Below are positions 22,199 to 23,299 of a stretch of DNA of 23,299 nt, piece after piece. Position numbers and translations under genes: made by a program. Every line of letters begins with the position of its first letter. Positions within the stretch are counted from its first letter, which is position 1. The DNA is from Paramicrosporidium saccamoebae KSL3 (lineage: Eukaryota > Fungi > Cryptomycota), in NCBI GenBank assembly GCA_002794465.1, contig MTSL01000137.1, positions 1-23,299 of the forward strand, read 5' to 3'. Under the pieces are notes generated by a model, which saw only the letters and a program-made list of their open reading frames with translations, made no database searches and had not been told where the DNA came from.

Positions 22199-23299
22199 TT
22201 AGTAGATTGTAGATGTGACGTGATCGGCTTCCTCGCACCACTGGTAGGAACTGTCCACCATTCTCCTAACGTCTTTTGGTGTCAAGCTTCCCGATATACC
22301 CAAGGATTTTAGCTCGGCTCTGAGTACATGGACTGCTGCCAAATTGTTCGATGAGAGCCTGGTGGCCCACACATGCCATTTCTTGGGTGTCTCCGCCGTG
22401 GGAAATATAAGTGAGAAATCCAATTTTTCCTTCTCTCGTATTAGATACGGCCATGACTGCAGCATCTGAACAACTTCATCTACTCTAAGAGTCCCCTCTC
22501 CATCTATCAGGCTCTTAGCATTGTCGATTATAGCGCGTCCAATGGGTTTCCCTTGAAAGGTCCAGTTCAAAGGTAGAATTCTTGCTTCGCTGATAGCTCT
22601 AGAAACAGTAAGCATGTCCTCAATGTCAATGAGATATGTATCAATATAAAAAGGCGATTCCAATAACCAAGTCTGGCGACAATCTTCAAGAGGCACTAGG
22701 CTTAGTGGTTTAAAAGTGGACGGTGTTATCGCGACTAGTCGATTCACGAAATCCTCACAAGCATTTCCACATTCGGAAATCAACTCTGGCATTGCCCAGT
22801 TGTACAGCCCGTCTTTCGGGATCAATTCAGCAACCCAACAGAGCATCTCTCGGTCCCTATCTTCACGCCAGGCCCGCAAAGCCATCTTTGCCATCAAACT
22901 CCAATAAGACCGATCGCTGCTCTTGTTGTAATTCCTAATCAGTGTATCCCAACACTCGTCTAACGCCATATTAAGATTGCGGACAAATGTCTTCTTCAGT
23001 ACTTGTGCGCCTTCAGAGGCGAGTGTATCTTCAGGCACTTCCGTTGTAGTTATGAGGCCTACTATTCGATCAAACATGGGTAGCTCTTGTAGCTTAGAAA
23101 AATATGCATTAAGCACCTTTTCACCTTGACCCACACGGACCAAGAGGTACATTAATTCTGGAGTGACATTTTGAAGCTCAAACATTTCAAAGATCTGAAG
23201 CGCCATGTCCTCAGTTGGATTCGGTCCAAGTAATTCGTTTATCCAAGCAAACGACTGCATATTTTCAGCCTGTGTGGCCATAGCGTGTTCCATAATCTG
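22199..23299 (-). CDS. Orphan protein, tandem paralogue 2 (5' part outside window)
   Basis: Frame is open to the window edge; shares MEHAMATQAENMQSF, LLGPNPTEDMAL, MLCWVAE, PKDGLYNW, LPLNWTFQGKPIGRAIIDN, QSWPYLI.EKEKL and GSLTPKD.RRMVDSSYQWCEEA with paralogue 1 at an offset of 2016-2019 bp. Confidence 0.85.
   Translation of the reverse strand, partial: QIMEHAMATQAENMQSFAWINELLGPNPTEDMALQIFEMFELQNVTPELMYLLVRVGQGEKVLNAYFSKLQELPMFDRIVGLITTTEVPEDTLASEGAQVLKKTFVRNLNMALDECWDTLIRNYNKSSDRSYWSLMAKMALRAWREDRDREMLCWVAELIPKDGLYNWAMPELISECGNACEDFVNRLVAITPSTFKPLSLVPLEDCRQTWLLESPFYIDTYLIDIEDMLTVSRAISEARILPLNWTFQGKPIGRAIIDNAKSLIDGEGTLRVDEVVQMLQSWPYLIREKEKLDFSLIFPTAETPKKWHVWATRLSSNNLAAVHVLRAELKSLGISGSLTPKDVRRMVDSSYQWCEEADHVTSTIY

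Overview
Gene-dense eukaryotic DNA, not prokaryotic. EF-1alpha carries the 12-aa opisthokont (animal/fungal) insertion, intergenic gaps are often only 40-100 bp, and 11 tiny GT-AG introns (28-40 nt, all ending TAG) can be reconstructed by hand. This fits a reduced, early-diverging fungal-lineage parasite such as a Rozellomycota/Paramicrosporidium-type organism (inference, not verified). Positions 0.7-19.4 kb hold housekeeping genes: tubulin cofactor D, importin beta-1, ABHD13/BEM46-like hydrolase, GDT1/TMEM165, SmB, DDX51/Dbp6 helicase, a secreted histidine acid phosphatase, EF-1alpha, battenin/BTN1, 2-Cys peroxiredoxin, Spo7-like protein, MsrA and class III ADH. The last 3.8 kb is an accessory block of orphan signal-peptide proteins, including two tandem paralogues with mosaic divergence. 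Most of the longer intergenic gaps contain small repeat structures: two inverted copies of a ~170-300 bp dispersed element 18 kb apart, a 193-bp MITE-like element with perfect 20-bp inverted ends, a 171-bp insert flanked by a 14-bp direct repeat, and a 7x20-bp minisatellite derived from the end of the ADH gene. A TAAACAGTA motif recurs in four of these. No rRNA, tRNA, CRISPR array or transposase was recognised.
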